Shown: positions 1 through 11,639 of the stretch, piece after piece
Position numbering within the stretch: position 1 is the first letter of the stretch
Layout: each line of letters opens with the position of its first letter
Source of the DNA: Narcine bancroftii
Lineage: Eukaryota
Direction: 5' to 3'
Assembly (NCBI RefSeq): GCF_036971445.1
Contig: NC_091473.1
Location: 211,482,001 to 211,546,000 of the forward strand
DNA: 64,000 nt
The notes under the pieces: generated by a model
What the model was told of the DNA's origin: nothing
Database searches by the model: none
What the model saw: only the letters and a program-made list of their open reading frames with translations
Made by a program: the position numbers and the translations under genes

Positions 1-718
1 GACTGGGCAAATCCCTTTCTGCATTTGCTGCAAGAGAACGGTTTCTCCCCGTGAGAACTCTCTGGTGCCTCAGCAGGGCAGAGCAGTGAGAGAACCCCTT
101 CCCACACAGGGAGCAGGTGAATGGATTTTCCCCGGTGAGAACTCTCTCGTGGGCTTGCAGATTGGTTGAATGGGCAAATCCCTTTCTGTACTTGCTGCAA
201 GAGAATGGCTTCTCCCCGGTGTGAACCCTCTGTTGCCTCTGTAGGGCAGAGCAGTGAGAGAAGCCCTTCCAGCATAGGGAACAGGTGAATGATTTCTCCC
301 CGGTGTGAATATTCTGGTGCCTCAGGAGGTCCGAGGATTGAGAGAACCCCTTCCCACACACACACACACACATCATTTAAAAGCTCTCTCCCCGGAGTGA
401 TTGTTCTGGTGCTGCAGGAGACTGGAGACTGGGCAGGTGAACAGACTCTCCCCAGGGGGAACACCTCCAGGTGCTTGGAGGTTTGAAAGATCTTCCCACA
501 GTCAGAGCAGGGAATGGGCTCCCCCTAGTGGAGATACACTGGTGTTGCAGCAGTGGGTCAGAGCTGGTGAATCCCTCCCCACACTCAGAACAGGGGGGCG
601 CAGGATGAGCCCAGTGATGCATTTCCAGCATGTCCAAAGAAAGCCCTGCCTCACTGGACACTTCATTTTGGAGTGTTTGAACTGCCGATTCACAGGTCAC
701 CTGACCCTCCCTGTCCAC
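1..718 (-). pseudogene. C2H2 zinc-finger gene, degenerate; continues beyond window start
   Basis: Minus strand reads CGKGFSQSSDLLRHQNIHTGEKSFTCSLCWKGFSHCSALQRQQRVHTGEKPFSCSKYRKGF..., with TGEKP linkers. Several Zn ligands are lost, there is a frameshift near 50 and a (CA)n break at about 355-373. N-terminal ORF 377..718 is homologous to 33250-33387 + 37531 onward. Confidence 0.85.
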
Positions 719-1999
719 CGATTAGATGGTCTAGTTCATGCACTCAAAGGGTGTAGGGTTTCTTCGTGCAATGATCTCCGCAATCCTAATCCACTGATAA
801 AGCTGGATGATACTATGGTCCCAAGGAATCCAGAGTGTCAGACCACAACATAGCATTGTCTGAAGCTTTCTGCCTGGAAATGCTTTCTTAACCCTGTGAA
901 GAGAAGATGGTGGGAGAGGGAGAAAGACATTATCTGCAGCCAATGTTCCAGGACAACACACCCTGGAGGCAGAGCCAGCAACACGACAAACCGTGGAACT
1001 GTGAGGAGGACCATAGGCACATGGAGGATGAAATTTAGCACAGAGAAACAAGCATGATGTGTTTTAATGGAAAGGAGGGGAGGCAACAAACATTATGAAC
1101 CCAGACTTTACTATGAAATGGATTCTAATTTTGCAAACCACATTTTCATAAACATGAAGATCTGAGGGAGGGAGCAGGAATTATTTCAGATTTTTATGCA
1201 AAAGGCTCATGAAAGCTTTTGTTTCAGAGGTCAATGACCACAATATTACCCAGAATCCTCAACAGTACGAGCCTCAAAGGCACACATGTAAACTATATTC
1301 CTTTGTCAGCTTTCTACTATGATGTCAAAAGGATCATCAACTTCCGACCAATCGCAACCCAGCCTCAGTGGCATTAGACTCCTATGTCTCAACCGCTATC
1401 ACTCCCCTGATACCTCCCAAGTGTTAATTGCGTTCACTCACAACTGCACAAGGAACTCCTTGAGAAGCAATGCTGGGGGGTGGGGGGGGGGGGTGGGGAG
1501 AAAGGGGTTCCATTACAAAGAAGATCCTGATGTCAGGAATCCAGCTGTGTCCAAGAGCTGAGTTTGAACAGAGGCCAGCTAACTGGTGTAGACCTTGATG
1601 TTGACACCTCTGGCTACAAAGCGAAGCTTCGCAGAATAAGCTAGACTTAGATGGAGTGAAACATGAAAATGAGCAGATATTGTGATTGTAGTAAAAAAAC
1701 AGCAATGTTGGAGGAGCTCCTGCCCACAGGAGGTAAAGATAAATCACCGACATTTCAGGCCTGAACCCTTCTATTTTTTAAAAAAAACTTTATTTAAAAG
1801 ATAAGTAAAAAGTATAACATACAATCTAAATATTCAAACAAAGTAATTTTACAAAGATTTATACATAAAGAAAAACAAAACACAAGAAACATTTAAAAAA
1901 ACCCTTCACCCCCCCCTCCCCTCCCACCCCTTCAGTTACCTCCCTTAAGGGGAGCCAAAAATATAAATCATATATATTAAAAAAATTATAAATTTTAAT

Positions 2000-4900
2000 A
2001 ACAGTTCAAATATACATCCAATTGCATATATTTCAAATACAGAGGCCACTTATCAACAAAAAGAGAATAATTATCATGTAAATTATAAGTAATGTTTTTC
2101 CATAACAATACAAGCTTTCAATTCATTATGCCAGTATATTATATTAATTTCTACATCATCTTTCCAAGTACTAGCAACACATTTATGTGCTACAAATAAT
2201 ACCAAATGTACAAAAGTAATTTCAACTTTATCCAAACCCATTCCCCATAATGAATACAAATCTCCCAAAAAAAAAATCATTGGATCCAAAGGTAGTTTAA
2301 AATTATACAATTTTTCCAAAACTATTTTAATTTTTTGCAAAAATGGTTGGACTTTCACACAAGTCCAAACAGCATGCAAAAAAGTACCAGTACATAAACC
2401 GCATCCAAAGCAAGAATCAGAATTACTAAACCCATATTTTGTTAACTTTTCCGGGGTCAAATACAATTGATGTAAAAAATTATAATTGACCATACCATAT
2501 CTTTCATTAGTCAATTTAATTACATTGTCCTGACACATGTTCACCCAATCAGCTTTAGAAAAAGTAAACACTAAATCAGTCTCCCATTTAAGTTTAGATT
2601 TTTCCCAATCTGGTTTATCCATATTGTCCTGTAATAAATTATACAGAACTGAAATATAACCCTTCTTTGGTATAGTAGAAGTCAAAGATTCAAATTTCGA
2701 CAAAGTGGGTAAATACACATTTCTCTACCATAATTATCTTTTACCAAAGCCTTAAGCTGATAATACACAAATAAAGAATTTAAAGGTATTTCAAATCATT
2801 CTCTTAAATGGATAAAAGAAAGAAATTGTCCCTCTACAAAACTGTATTGTCCTGTATTGTCTTTATACCTTTAGAATTCCAAATCTTTAACTATTAAACA
2901 TTGAAAAAGGAATAAGCCGATTATTGTATAATGGAGTTAAAATTGATAATTTATCTTTTGACGCTAAAAAAAAATTCAATCCAAATCTTTAATAAATGTT
3001 TCAGTATTAGCATATCATATTCCTGTAATAAAATCAAATTCCAACAGAATATAAATTCATGTATCTCTGTTCTAGATAGACATGATATCTCCACCTTAGC
3101 CCAACTAGGAGGTTGATCCAAATCCATCAGACTACTAATAAACTTCAACTGAGCTGCCTCAATAATTTTGAAAATGTGGCAGTTGTAAGCCACCCAATGC
3201 ATATTTCCAAGTAAGTTTGTGCAACGCTACGTGGGCTAATTTACCTTTCCACAAAAACTCTCGTACTGCTTTATTCAAATCCTGAAAATAAACTCTTTGA
3301 AAGTAAACAAGGTATTGATTGAAATAAATATTGAATTCGAGGAAAGAATAATACAATTAACACATCCAATTAGAGATAATGGGAGATCTTTCCATTTAGT
3401 TAAGTCTGCTTTAATTCACCTCAATATAGGTGCATAGTTTAAATGATATAACGATTGATAGTCATTGTCCACAAACACACCTAAGTATTTGATTTTATTC
3501 ATCCATCTTAATTTTGTAATATTTTAAAATTCAGAATAATCTTCATCTCCAACTGGCAAAATTTCACTTTTATCCCAGTTAACTTTATATCCCGACAATT
3601 CTCCAAATTTCAATAAACTCTCCTGTAACTGTTTCAATGATCTCTCAGGCTCTGTCAAATAAATCAACACATCGTCTGCAAATAGATTAATTTTATATTC
3701 TTCATCCTAAATCCTCATCCCTCTAATATCCTCATTTTCTCTAATAGCCTGAGCTAATGGTTCTATAGCCAATGCAAATAGGGCTGGTGACAATGGGCAG
3801 CCCTGATGAGTTGATCGAGTCAATTTAAAAGGTAAAGATGTCTGTCCATTTGTCACCACCCTAGCATTTGGATTCATATATAAGGCCTTAACCCAACCAA
3901 TAAAGAAAAGGCCAAATTTAAATTTCTCTAATACCGTAAATAAAAAGTTCAATTCAACCCTATCAAAAGCTTTTTTGGCATTTAGTCCAACTACTATAGG
4001 ATGATTAGGTTGCTGCCAATATACATTGATCAAAGTAAGCAATCGAAGTATATTATCTTAGGCATTTCTATTCCTAATAAAACCTGTTTGATCAATATGT
4101 ACTAATTTAGGTAAATATTTAGCAAGTCTATTAGCTAATACTTTTGCCATAATTTTATAGTCTACATTCAATAAAGAAATAGGTCTATATGAAGATACCT
4201 GTAAAGGATCTCTGTCTTTCTTTGGGATAACAGTTATTAAAGCACTCAAACACGTTTCCAATAACTTCTGAACTTCAGTAACTTGATTTAACACTTCCCC
4301 AAATATATTAGAAAATTCATCATAAAAAAAGTTTATAGAATTCCACAGGAAACCCATCATCTCCTGGGGACTTACCATTAGGCATTTCCTGAATAGCTTC
4401 CTTGATTTCAAAATCCGTAAATGGATATTCCAACTCCTGAATATCTTTCTCATCTAGTACCGGTAACATTAATTTAGATAAGTAAGAATCAATAGAACCA
4501 TTATCTTGTTTCCCCTCTGAAATATTTTTTTTGATTAAATGAATAATACTGGTCATTAATTTGCTGAGGGTTGTAGGTGATTATTGAATTCTTCTCAACA
4601 GCATTAATAGTCCTAGATGCCTGTTCCACTTTCAATTGTGAGGCAAGTACCTTGTGAGCTCTTTCCCCCAAGTCATAATAATGTTGTTTAGATCTATTAA
4701 TTAAGCACTCATACTGGTAAGTTTGTAAAGTATTATAGTGTAATTTTAACTTCACTAACACGGCTTTTTTATCTTCTGTTATATCTTTCTAAAAATATTT
4801 CTCTAGTTCAGCAATCTGATTTTCCAACTGTAAATTTTCTGCCATATATTGTTTCTTAACTTTTGTAGAATAGCTAATGATCTGTCCCCTCAAATAATCT

Positions 4901-5734
4901 TTTAAAGCATCCCATACTAAAAAATGACTCTTTACAGAATTAACATTTTCAGTCAAAAATAAAGAAATATGCTCTTTAACAAAGGTAACAAACTTTTTTT
5001 TTCAATAACATTACATTAAACCTCCATCTATACATTGAACATACTATCTCTGAACTTTCACAAGAGAAAAATAATAATGAATGATCTGATATAAATCTAC
5101 TTTTATATTCAGTTTGCAGTACCCTACCCTGAAGATGTGCTGATACCAAAAATAAATCAATTCTGGAAAACGAGTTAATCCTTGAAGAATAAAAAGAAAA
5201 ATCTTTCTCTGTAGGATTAACATTTCTCCAAATATCTACCAAATTTAAATCTTTCATTAATGCATCAAGTTGTATTGCCATCTTTGACTTCCATATATTC
5301 TTCGGATTTCTATCTAATAAAGGATCTAAAACAATTGAAATCACCACCCACTAAAATATTCTCATTAGTCTGATTTAACAAGAAAATAGGTTCTGAAATA
5401 AACCGCTCATCATCTGTATTGGGTGCATATAAATTAAGCAGTGTCCAAAATTCCGCAAAAATTTTACAATTCACTCTTAAAACTCTACCAGCTTTATCAG
5501 TAGATTCCAATTCAAATGGTAAATTCTTATGAATTAAAATCGCTACTCCTTTTGCTTTAGAATTTAAAAAATAAAAAAACTTGACCAACCCAGTCTCTTT
5601 TCAATTTCAGATATTCTTTCTCAATCAAATGTGTTTCTTGTAAAAAAGCAATATCAATTTTCATCTTTTTAATATCTCTTTATTGGATTATTTAACCCCT
5701 GAACATTAAAAGTTGCGAAGTTCAATTTAGACAT
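2000..5734 (-). pseudogene. L1 ORF2p (APE endonuclease + reverse transcriptase), multiple frameshifts and stops
   Basis: Starts MSKLNFATFNVQGLNNPIKR at 5734. ORF pieces 5310..5588, 4976..5347, 4058..4453, 3707..4042 and 2083..2718 are collinear L1 ORF2 domains. Confidence 0.88.
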
Positions 5735-6029
5735 AATTTTAACTATTAGTAAATACACACACTAAAAAATTAAACTCTATAAAATAATGCTCCCCTTTGT
5801 AATCCTTCAAAAAGAAAAAAAGGAGAAAAAAGGAGGAAAAAAACACTCTTAAAAAAATCAAAACAAAAATAAAAAAAACAACACAAAAAAAACACCCAAA
5901 GGCAGTATTACCCTAAAAAAACTGGGTGTGGGAAACCCATTGGTGGCAGATTACTTGCAAAGTTTTTGGTGTCATCCACCCCCCCCCCCCCAGCTGGATA
6001 CATATTTATTATATAAATAAACACTTTCA

Positions 6030-7676
6030 AATATGGTCCATATCTTCAACCCAGTAACTCCGAACCCAACGATTGCTCTGGATCTTTGATATTAAGTGGA
6101 TTCTGTATTTCTTCTTTCTTTCCATTTTTTCCATTCAGCCCATTCTTTCCATTTCCACTGCCATTTCCATTTCCATTTAATCTCCTTTTAGGAGACAAAG
6201 GTGGAGAACAACCATTTCTTCTCAATTCCGGCAGGGAGTTGGCAAAGACTAAGGCATCATGATCATTTTCAAAAAATTGAGATTGAAAGTTTCCATAAAA
6301 AAACCTTCAAAATTGCAGGATAATGAAAAGTAAACTTATAACCTTTCTGCCACGGAACATCTTTAGCTGTATTGAATTCTCACCATCTATGAATAACTTC
6401 CTGACTCAAATCAGCATAAAAAAAGCACTCTGTTATTTTGACCATTAATGGGGATTGATTTTGTCATGCCTTTTGTACTGCCATACGTAAAATCATTTGT
6501 CTATCCTGGTATTTTAAACAACGAATCAAAACTTCTCTCGGTGGTTGTCCTGGAAGTGGTTTTCTTCTCAGAGCTCTATGAGCCCTATCTAACTCCAAAC
6601 CTTCAGGAAAGAACTCTTTACCCAAAACTTCTGGGACCCAGTGTTAAAATTTTTTTTATATAATCAGAGCCTTCAATATCTTTTGGAAGATCAACTATCT
6701 TCACATTATTTCTCCGACTCTGATTTTCCAAAGAATCAATCTTCTTCAATAAGTCTCTTTTTTTGAATTTCCCAATCTCCGAAAGATCCTTCCACTTTTT
6801 CTATTTTTTTCTCTATTACGCTCCTCTTGACTTTGACTCTCAGAAAACGCTGTCTCAATTTTCTTAAAATGTTCTTGTACAGTCTCAACAGATTTTATAC
6901 ATCTATTAATGTCACTTTTAACTATATTCATATCTTGCTTCATATTTGACATTCACATAAAATATGCATCTTCATTTTCACCTCCCTAAATCCTTGATTC
7001 ATTTGATCTGATATTTGTTTTGACATATTACCCATCTGATAGGCAATCCCTTCCAGAACTGTAAGTACTGAATCCATTCCAGATTCCAATTCCACTTTTT
7101 GAAGTTTACCTTCATAGGTTGCTGACTCCCCCTGCTGGATGTTTTCTGCAAAGGTAAGTAATTCCTCCTCTTCTGTTCGTATGGATGCCTTGACAGTGCA
7201 GCTGTGGGTCTGGACACCCGATGCTGGCATCCCAACCTCTTCGGGGCCCCGGCGTTCAGGCTCCCCCGCAGCCCACAACTTATCAAGGAGCTCCTGGACC
7301 CATGACGCTCTACATAGGCCGGGCAAAGCCACGGGGCATGCCGGAGAGTCTTCTGACACTACTCCGCGCGTCCCCAGGCCACCCGGCAAGATCACGGGGC
7401 CGCGGATCTCCCTGTTGACCGTGTCGTCCGTGCGCACAGCTTCACGTGCACGCGAATCGGCAGCTGCCGAACTCACCAAGGTGCTGGCACCATCTTGCGG
7501 GAGCAAGGTCAGTGCCGGTGTCAAAATCAGCCGGGCTGGGGTTCTCTTTGCCTTAGGAATCACCGAAATCGACTCTGAGGATTTCACTGTAAAGGTAGGC
7601 CTCAATTCTTCTGTACTTTTAAATGGCAATTTGTTTTGAAGTTGAGTCTTAGATTTTTTTTTACATTAGTTGCCAT
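6030..7676 (-). pseudogene. L1 ORF1p, frameshifted
   Basis: ATG at 7676 (MATNVKK...). Coiled-coil-like stretch (ORFs 6940..7629 and 6746..6952) followed by the RRM-start motif ENQSRRNNVKIVDLP at about 6690-6730. 3' end approximate. Confidence 0.7.
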
Positions 7677-7793
7677 AGTAATTTACTATTATTTTAAAAA
7701 TTAAAAATATTATTTTTAACTAATTTTAAACAACTTAATGTCGGGCGTTTAATGTTCCAGCTGGGAGAAGGTGGAATACACGTCTTGCCTTTA

Positions 7794-7803
7794 CGCCATC
7801 TTG
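7794..7803 (-). promoter_or_regulatory. YY1 site of the L1 internal promoter
   Basis: CAAGATGGCG about 13 nt from the element 5' end, the same position as the YY1 site in mammalian L1 5'UTRs. Confidence 0.7.
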
Positions 7804-8199
7804 CCACGTCCTCCCCCAGGCCTGAACCCCTCTTCAAGGTGTGTGCAAAAAGCAGACAGGCACCTAAAAGGAGACAGAGGAAAAAGGGAAGAGACCGAAA
7901 GACAGAGCTCGAGGAAAGGAAACATTGGGATTGGAAGAGATGTAGGGGGGTAACGGAAAGTGGAAACCCTTTTTCCTCTGTCTTCTTTCCCCCAGCCATG
8001 TTTTTACAGAGCCCAACCCTCTCCCCACCTCCCAAATCAATTCTCCTTTCCTCTCTCCAGTCCTCCTATGCCTATACAATCAATACCTCTTGTCTGTTGG
8101 TTTGTAGTCATCCCCTGACAAAATAGTTTTTTTTTCCTTTGGTTTTAGTTTGTTCTCTCTATCAATGATCTGGATGATATTGTAGAAAATTGAATCAGC

Positions 8200-8880
8200 A
8201 CCCCACCACTGTGTATCTCACTCCATGAGCTGCTATGTGAATTTCCTGTATTAAGGAGCTCGACACCACAATTTGTCCTGTCGTAATTTATTTCCACAGG
8301 CCTACTGGTTTGTCAAAGGTGCCCCCTTTATTTTCCCAATCTTCTTTCTCACTAATTGTTGTAACCTGTTGGGCTTCAATCAAATCCTGCAGATATCTCT
8401 TTTACTTCTAACAATGCTGCTTGATTTACCTGAGGCCAGACAGAGCTCCTGCCAGCAGTGAACATTCTCAGCTGCAGTTTTCACAGCCTTGTCAGCGTGG
8501 TTACTACCAGTGGACACTGGATCAGTACCTTGTGTGCGCTGCACATTTTATCACTGCCAATTTAGCTGGTAATTTCATGACCCCAAGCAATTTTTAAAAT
8601 TGCATGCTCATTTCTAATAGGGTTACCTCCTTCAGTGAAGTAACCTCCCCGATCCGAACCTTACCCCAGTTATGAACCACCCCCCAACGTACACTGAATT
8701 GGTGTAGATATTGGCTACTTGCCCTTCACACAGTTTGCGTGTGTCTCCAATGCTGAGAGTTCAGCTGGTTATTCACTAATACCAGAGTTAAATGATTTTC
8801 TTCAACAATCCAGTAACCCCAGATGTCTGTTTGCTCATTTACAATATCTGGCCTTTCCTGCCCCTGTCCTGAGAAAGTTA
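8200..8880 (-). mobile_element. Endogenous retrovirus pol remnant (RNase H and start of integrase)
   Basis: Minus-strand translation includes GQVANIYTNSVY, LPAKLAVIKCAAH and GSNHADKAVKTAA, typical of gamma/epsilon-like RNase H. Confidence 0.7.
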
Positions 8881-8889
8881 TGTTTTTTT

Positions 8890-9010
8890 TAAATTTAAAC
8901 GAACAGCACAGTAACAGGCCATTTGGCCCACGAGCCCGTGCCTCCCAATTTTAACCCAGCCCCAATCGCTGGCACTGTAAAGATGTTGTACTACACCAAC
9001 CATACTGCCC
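8890..9010 (-). mobile_element. tRNA-derived SINE fragment (internally deleted copy of the 9068 SINE)
   Basis: Reverse-complement similarity to both the head and the 3' tail of 9068-9277. Confidence 0.55.
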
Positions 9011-9067
9011 CATATCCTGGGAGAGTAAGGACCCTCAGCAACCTGTTAAGGTAAAGATTTCAGAATG

Positions 9068-9277
9068 GTTCCTGTGTAGCGGTTAGTGTAACAATGTTAC
9101 AGCGCCAGTGATCAGGACTGCGGTTCGAATCTGGCACTGTTTGTAAGGAGTTTGTATATTCTCCATGTCAGTGTGGGTTTCCTCCTACTGTTCAAAATGT
9201 AAATTGGGTGGCATGGGCTCATGGGCCAAAAGGCCCTGTTACTGTGCTGCATGTCTAAATATAAAATTTAAATTTAA
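9068..9277 (+). mobile_element. tRNA-derived V-SINE (HE1-like)
   Basis: A-box-like TAGCGGTTAG, B box GGTTCGAATC, then the V-domain-like GGAGTTTGTATATTCTCCATGTCAGTGTGGGTTTCCTCC and a TAAATT tail. Confidence 0.7.
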
Positions 9278-9790
9278 GAGCATTGACTGCAAAGGATGAG
9301 AGGATGGGTAGAGGGAGTTAGCCAGCATCCCAAACAAAATCGATTGAAGATCATCGCCGGCACCCACATTCCCTATACTCACACCAGTCATAGTGATTAA
9401 ATGTTACTTGCGAGTAGTCACCACTGCCACTGCTCTGGCACCACCTGAGTAGCCATCACGCTCTCCTTCGCCATACTGATTATTCTCCTCTCACAATAAA
9501 CATCAATGGCTGGCAGATTTGGGTAGAACTCTTTCAATAGTCGTGACCACCACCACCACCTCCCATCTTCCCAGAGTTCTCCAACCCACATCTGCAAGTC
9601 GTTGATGTTCTTGCCATTCATGGTTTGCAACACATCTTTAGAGCTATTGAAAGGCGATGACATCGAAACCGCGCGACATAGTTGTCCTGCAGTCCTTAAG
9701 GGCACATTCCCCCATAATTTCATCTTCCTGAGCTTTGTTTTAGCAAGTCACACTGTGAGAGATGGGAAAACTGATCTAAAATTATGAACA

Positions 9791-10441
9791 TGAAGGAAAC
9801 TAAAATTCATACATTAGTTAATGGCTGTAACCAGTACAAACAGGATGAGCTTGGGAATTAGGATGCAGGAAAGCAGAGTCAGCACGATTAACATAAGAAT
9901 CTTCTAGTCTTTGTGACAAGATCAATGAGCCACCATAAGAATAAGACAAGGAGCGGTAAGGAACAATAGAATGTAGGAAGTTGAGGTAGTCTGGATAGAC
10001 AGAAGTGCCAAGTTCTACATATCTAATTAGTTAACCTTACACAGATTTACAAAGTTATACATATTAAATTAGCCAACCCTAGACAGGATGAGCCAACTCT
10101 ACATACCAAGAGACTGTAGCTCCGAGAATCAGGAAGGTGTGAATAAGGACAATAACATGAAGGGACACCGACAGGATACCCCCTGGTCCTCCAAGTATAC
10201 TGAAACTGCACGTAGGCAGGAAGGATTGCCTCTGCCAAACCCATCCAGGGGGCAGAAGAATGTAAGGGGGAGGGTATTCTGATACTGAAATTTACTGTTT
10301 AAAAGTTGGGTGAGCCCCAGTGTTTGTGTGTATTCCCAGGGTAAGGGGAAGCACCCAACTTTGCATTGTTGTATAATAAATGTTCTTTGTTCTCAATTTT
10401 TGTCTCGAGCAATTTCTTTAAAGGTAATTCTGTTTCTAACA
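9791..10441 (+). mobile_element. Probable solo LTR
   Basis: TGAAGG...CTAACA ends and AATAAA near 10375 with a U5-like tail; no clean TSD. Confidence 0.4.
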
Positions 10442-10723
10442 ACACAATCTAGGGAACTAAAGGCCAATGGGAGGCTTACGAGCAGGTTGATAACACAAAG
10501 TATTTACAATCCTCCCAGCATCTCTCACAAAACAGCAAAGCACATAAAAACATTAGGTAAAAATGATCATTCTACATGATTACACGAGGCAGACCCCTCA
10601 CTTCCACATGGGCTGAAGATTCTGACCAGTCAGAAGACTCACTTACTGCAAGACCAGCTGCTCTTGAATAGTATAATCTGTATGAACTGAGTTCTCAAGT
10701 TTTGCAAAAACAATAATGTGGTA

Positions 10724-11523
10724 CAGGCAGACCCCAGGTTGAAAACATCTGATTTACAAACAGATAAGCTGACCAGAAAGAGAATCTGTCTACTTCTGGT
10801 TTGAGCAGAGCTCACTTACCATTGGCTGGCTTTAAGACATCTGCTGAATAAGTTTCTGTACAGCAGATTTCTAATTAGTATAGCCGTTAGCCAAGCTTTG
10901 GTGAAGCAAGTCATTCTCCGGAGGGATATCCTGTACCTGACAATACGTACATCTGATGTCATAGTATTGTGTGATAGATTACCAGTGTCTCTTCGATCTT
11001 CAGGTGGCTGGTGATGTGCTGTCATGCTACACTACACATGGCCTGGGCAAAGAAGCGGGAGGGCAAGGGGACAAGCAACCCAGTGGAAGGGCGGAAGGGG
11101 GTGGGGGAGAAGAAGCAGTGTGCACCATTGTAACACCGCTGTCAGGCTACGCCATGCACAATCTGGGCAAAGCAACGTACGGGCAAGGGGACGAGCAGCC
11201 CAGCGGAGGGGAGGGAGGGAGAAGCAACAGCAGCAATGTGCACCATCACAACACCATCGGGACCATCACACTCCATTTTATATGTATGGTATGTCTTGTA
11301 TTTTTTATGTACTGCTTTACTATGTTTAAGATGTTTTAGTGTATTGGGAAGTGTTTTATATACATATAAAGATAAAAATATAAATGATATATATGTTAAA
11401 TGTTAAACATTTGACAAACTGACACTAAATAAGAACCGTCTGTACCTGATCCGACTTGCATACAAATTCGAATTAAAGACAGACCTGGGTAATGGAACTC
11501 ATTTTTAACCCAAAGACTGTCTG
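10724..11523. mobile_element. Tigger/TcMar-like MITE remnant
   Basis: Imperfect TIRs CAGGCAGACCCCAGGTT and AACCCAAAGACTGTCTG; TA on the left flank. Confidence 0.35.
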
Positions 11524-11639
11524 CACTTTAACAAGGTGGTGCTCCTGCAATTTGTTCTAAGGTTTGAAAGGCACAGAAGCTTCTAATGCAAAGGAATTCT
11601 TACCACACCAAGCTCTAGACCACCACATATTTACTCATC

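Larger units (their letters stand above)
1773..7816 (-). mobile_element. Full-length L1-clade LINE (about 6.0 kb) with disrupted ORF1 and ORF2
   Basis: 17-bp TSD caggcctgaaccc(t/c)tct at 1756-1772 and 7817-7833. 5' end GGGGAGGACGTGGCAAGATGGCG; AATAAA and A-tail at about 1773-1795. ORF2 fragments carry APE (GGDFN), RT ([25 protein letters not shown]) and a C-terminal Cys-rich motif. Confidence 0.93.

Noticed and set aside
9068-9145. tRNA gene
   Set aside because: A and B boxes are present but there is no complete cloverleaf, and it continues into a SINE body.
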